Below, piece after piece: positions 63,016 through 64,000 of a stretch of 64,000 bases of DNA; the first letter of the stretch is position 1, and every line of letters starts with the position of its first letter. The notes under the pieces were generated by a model that made no database searches, was not told the origin of the DNA, and saw nothing but the letters and a program-made list of their open reading frames with translations. The position numbers and the translations under genes are program-made. The DNA is from Rhodospirillales bacterium (lineage in GTDB: Bacteria; Pseudomonadota; Alphaproteobacteria; Rhodospirillales; UBA2165): NCBI GenBank assembly GCA_022822205.1, contig JAJECC010000109.1, positions 505 to 64,504 of the forward strand. Reading direction: 5' to 3'.

Positions 63016-63210
63016 TTATTCGTGCCGGTTTATGAACACCGGATCGCCGCCGACGCCGTATGCCCCGTCCCGGACTTCGTTGATGATCACCCGAACCTGC
63101 CCCGGCTTCGCATCCAGCGTTTCGATCACCGCCTCGGTCATACGTTTTATGAGCAGGCTTTTTGTCTCCTGGTCGCGGCCCTCGATTATCGTGATGTTTA
63201 CGATCGCCAT
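63016..63210 (-). CDS. 4-oxalocrotonate-tautomerase-family protein with Ala in place of the catalytic Pro1
   Basis: MAIVNITIIEGRDQETKSLLIKRMTEAVIETLDAKPGQVRVIINEV, 64 aa, a beta-alpha-beta fold pattern. AAGGA lies upstream of the ATG, and no in-frame alternative start gives Met-Pro. Confidence 0.8.
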   Translation of the reverse strand: MAIVNITIIEGRDQETKSLLIKRMTEAVIETLDAKPGQVRVIINEVRDGAYGVGGDPVFINRHE

Positions 63211-63238
63211 TTCTCGTCCTTCTCAAGCGGGTGGTTGC

Positions 63239-63988
63239 TCAGTGGGTGATTCCGCCTCCGTCGACGATCAGACACTGGCCGGTTACAAAGCCGGCGTGAT
63301 CGCTGAGAAAAAATGCGGCCGGTCCAATCAGATCGTCCGGTTCCTGATCGCGCGACAAGGATCGCGCCGCGGCGATGGCGCCCTTCCGGTCCCCGATGCC
63401 GTCGCGCGCCAGAACGCCCTCGCTCATGGTCAGGCCGGGGGCGATTGTATTGACGCGAATGTTCCTTGGGCCAAGCTCACGGATCAGCGAGCGGGTCATC
63501 GCCAACACCCCGCCCTTGGATGCATCATAGTGGAGCAGACCGGGATATCCGCGGAAGATGCGGTTGGTGGAAACCATGACGATCGATCCGCCGCCGACCC
63601 GTTCCATGGCCGGCACGGCCGCCCGGGCGCACAGCCAGGGTCCCTTGACATTGACCCTCATGACCTCGTCCCAGAGTTCGGGATCGATCTCGTCGTACGC
63701 CTTGATGGGCAGGGCCGAGAAGAGAGCCGCGTTGCAAACCAGCCCGTCGACTCCCCCGAAGGCTTCCTCGGTTTCGGCGACCATTCGATTGCAGTCATCG
63801 ACACTGGTAACGTCTGCTCGGATCCCAATCGCCTCGTTGCCGTCGGACCCAATCCGCTGAACGAGGTCCCCCGGATCGGCAAGGTCGCAGACCGCCACCT
63901 TGGCGCCCATCTCGGCGAAACCCGAAGCCAGGACGGCGCCGATCCCTTGCGCCGCCCCGGTTATGATTATCCGCTTAGACTCCAACAT
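63239..63988 (-). CDS. Short-chain dehydrogenase/reductase (SDR)
   Basis: ITGAAQGIGAV (TGxxxGxG) and YDASKGGV (YxxxK). The start ATG overlaps the stop of an upstream minus-strand gene, of which only 4 codons are visible at 63988..64000. Confidence 0.9.
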   Translation of the reverse strand: MLESKRIIITGAAQGIGAVLASGFAEMGAKVAVCDLADPGDLVQRIGSDGNEAIGIRADVTSVDDCNRMVAETEEAFGGVDGLVCNAALFSALPIKAYDEIDPELWDEVMRVNVKGPWLCARAAVPAMERVGGGSIVMVSTNRIFRGYPGLLHYDASKGGVLAMTRSLIRELGPRNIRVNTIAPGLTMSEGVLARDGIGDRKGAIAAARSLSRDQEPDDLIGPAAFFLSDHAGFVTGQCLIVDGGGITH

Positions 63989-64000
63989 CAGATGCTCACA

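Noticed and set aside
63988-64000. Last 4 codons (…CEHL*) of a further minus-strand gene at the right edge
   Set aside because: It is too short to identify. I mention it only because its stop overlaps the SDR start, which implies the operon continues beyond the window.

Overview
High-GC proteobacterial DNA, probably alphaproteobacterial, from a chromosome or megaplasmid. All calls rest on reading the sequence and on motif recognition; no searches were run. The window is almost entirely catabolic operons, each next to a binding-protein-dependent uptake system. There are four tripartite tricarboxylate transporter (TTT) loci: two canonical tctCBA sets and two in which a ~675-aa TctA carries a fused TctB-like tail. 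There is also one truncated tctA remnant, three TRAP dctPQM systems and one polar amino-acid ABC importer. Enzyme content, left to right: tcuBA plus a PrpF-like isomerase; two FAD monooxygenases, a TauD/TfdA dioxygenase and an aldo/keto reductase; an LVIVD-repeat propeller paired with a leaderless ModA-like domain; an alpha/beta hydrolase, a ThrC-like PLP enzyme and a circularly permuted ATP-grasp/alpha-E pair; hydantoinase/oxoprolinase A/B with a class I glutamine amidotransferase; an orphan CoxL-like molybdenum hydroxylase with a P450; a metallophosphoesterase and a cytoplasmic Cys-type sulfatase; a secreted phytochelatin-synthase-like protein; and an SDR/tautomerase/isochorismatase/crotonase/FAD-oxidoreductase operon. 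Two type II toxin-antitoxin cassettes (DUF433/DUF5615 and ParDE) sit at operon junctions. I recognised no rRNA, tRNA, CRISPR array, transposase, integrase or known defence system. The items most worth follow-up are: the ATP-grasp/alpha-E module without its usual transglutaminase partner; the unexplained 611-bp repeat-rich intergenic region beside parDE; the tctA remnant that marks a rearrangement junction; the fused TctA-TctB transporters; the orphan redox enzymes; and a 12-bp palindrome shared by the tetR and marR/tctC control regions. Many long ORFs in the supplied track are antisense or out-of-frame artefacts of high GC content and were not called.
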